Shown here one piece after another: positions 62,267-64,000 of a DNA stretch of 64,000 nucleotides. The translations under genes and the position numbers were made by a program. The notes beneath the pieces were generated by a model that was not told the origin of the DNA, ran no database searches, and saw only the letters and a list, made by a program, of their open reading frames with translations. Where the stretch lies: positions 5,580,001-5,644,000 of the forward strand of contig OZ286474.1 of the NCBI GenBank assembly GCA_965644265.1, given 5' to 3'. The first letter of the stretch is position 1. Each line of letters begins with the position of its first letter. The DNA comes from Glycera tridactyla (Eukaryota).

Positions 62267-64000
62267 TCCACCCTGTATCCAGTCTCTGGCGTTCCACCCT
62301 GTAACCAGTCTCTGGCATTCCACCCTGTAACCCAGCTCTGGCACTCCACCCTGTAACCAGTCTCTGGCGTTCTACCCTGTAACCCATCTCTGGCGTTCCA
62401 CCCTGTGCCCCATCTCTGGCGTTGCACCCTGTAACCAGTCTCTGGCACTCCACCCTGTAACCCAGCTCTGGCACCCCACCCTGTAACCAGTCTCTGGCGT
62501 TCCACCCTGTAACCAGTCTCTGGCACTCCACCCTGTATCCAGTCTCTGGCGTTCCACCCTGTAACCAGTCTCTGGCACCCCACCCTGTAACCCGTCTCTG
62601 GCACCCCACCCTGTAACCCAGCTCTGGCGCTCCACCCTGTAACCAGTCTCTGGCGTTCCACCCTGTAACCAGTCTCTGGCACCCCACCCTGTAATCCGTC
62701 TCTGGCACCCCACCCTGTAACCCGTCTCTGGCACCCCACCCTGTAACCAGTCTCTGGCGCTCCACCCTGTAACCAGTCTCTGGCGTTCCACCCTGTAACC
62801 AGTCTCTGGCGCCCCACCCTGTAACCCATCTCTGGCGTTCCACCCTGTAACCCGTCTCTAGCACTCCACCCTGTAACCAGTCTCTGGCATTCCACCCTGT
62901 AACTCGTCTCTGGCACTCCACCCTGTAACCAGTCTCTGGCATTCCACCCTGTAACCAGTCTCTGGCACTCCACCCTGTAACCAGTCTCTGGCACTCCACC
63001 CTGTAACCCATCTCTGGCGTTCCACCCTGTAACCCGTCTCTGGCACTCCACCCTGTAACCCATCTCTGGCGTTCCACCCTGTAACCCATCTCTGGCGTTC
63101 CACCCTGTAACCAGTCTCTGGCGTTCCACCCTGTAACCCATCTCTGGCGTTCCACCCTGTAACCAGTCTCTGGCACCCAACTCTGTAACCCATCTCTGGC
63201 GCTCCACCCTGTAACCAGTCTCTGGCGTTCCACCCTGTAACCCGTCTCTGGCACCCCACCCTGTAACCCATCTCTGGCACTCTACCCTGTATCCAGTCTC
63301 TGGCATTCCACCCTGTAACCAGTCTCTGGCACTCCACCCTGTAACCCATCTCTGGCATTCCACCCTGTAACCAGTCTCTGGCGTTCCACCCTGTATCCCA
63401 TCTCTGGCATTCCACCCTGTAACCCATCTCTGGCACTCCACCCTGTAACCCATCTCTGGCGTTCCACCCTGTAACCAGTCTCTGGCACCCAACTCTGTAA
63501 CCCATCTCTGGCGCTCCACCCTGTAACCAGTCTCTTGCGTTCCACCCTGTAACCCATCTCTGGCGTTCCACCCTGTGCCCCATCTCTGGCACTCCACCCT
63601 GTAACCAGTCTCTGGCGTTCCACCCTGTAACCAGTCTCTGGCACTCCACCCTGTAACCAGTCTCTGGCACTCCACCCTGTAACCCGTCTTTGGCGTCCCA
63701 CCCTGTAACCCATCTCTGGCACTCCACCCTGTAACCAGTCTCTGGCGTTCCACCCTGTGACCATTCTCTGGCGTTCCACCCTGTAACCCATCTCTGGTGT
63801 TCCACCCTGTAACCAGTCTCTGGCGCTCCACCCTGTAACCCGTATCTGGCACTCCACCCTGTAACCCATCTCTGGTGTTCCACCCTGTAACCAGTCTCTG
63901 GCGCTCCACCCTGTAACCAGTCTCTGGCGCCCCACCCTGTAACCAGTCTCTGGCATTCCACCCTGTAACCAGTCTCTGGCGCCCCACCCTGTAACCCATC
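62267..64000. repeat. 26-bp minisatellite x~66, running off the window end (ccaccctgtaaccagtctctggcgtt)
   Basis: Direct reading; many variant units. Explains the 597/367/333-aa ORFs. Confidence 0.98.

Noticed and set aside
62206-63999. 597-, 367-, 333- and 224-aa ORFs
   Set aside because: All come from the 26-bp array; three overlapping frames are open simply because the unit rarely contains stops.
57909-64000. Search for RBMS RRM1 exons (LSKTNLYIRGL...AQMAK)
   Set aside because: No matching frame or ...GCx AAG|gt donor was found; they presumably lie beyond the window.
1-64000. tRNA, rRNA or snRNA genes
   Set aside because: No intact cloverleaf, A/B-box pair or rRNA-like sequence seen; only degenerate B-box-like remnants within SINE-like repeats.

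Overview
AT-rich (~40% GC by eye), intron-dominated eukaryotic genomic DNA from an invertebrate bilaterian; a lophotrochozoan is plausible but not provable from the sequence. There is one N-gap (49220-49445). Most of the window is the 3' part of one minus-strand gene of the RBMS/MSSP family (Drosophila alan shepard, C. elegans sup-26). I reconstructed six coding exons by hand (57908-57689, 57121-57030, 55697-55666, 46662-46509, 36672-36565, 13187-13104). All have canonical AG/GT boundaries with compatible phases and join into 690 nt / 230 uninterrupted codons, covering RRM2 and the P/Q/M-rich tail. I found no RRM1 exons, so they probably lie beyond 64000. The terminal exon is unresolved, with three candidates. 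The introns and flanks hold more than a dozen unrelated minisatellite arrays (16-79 bp units), several non-autonomous DNA-transposon (MITE) families and an old SINE-like family. Every long ORF in the supplied track is a repeat artefact. I cannot support a new multi-gene system. The best leads are: (i) minisatellites caught arising from dispersed elements, with the unamplified seed still present nearby; (ii) a frame-shifting 32-nt micro-exon bracketed by a G-run array and a CA-repeat; (iii) a 2.2-kb array carrying 27 AP-1 motifs and 28 splice-donor-like hexamers inside the last large intron.
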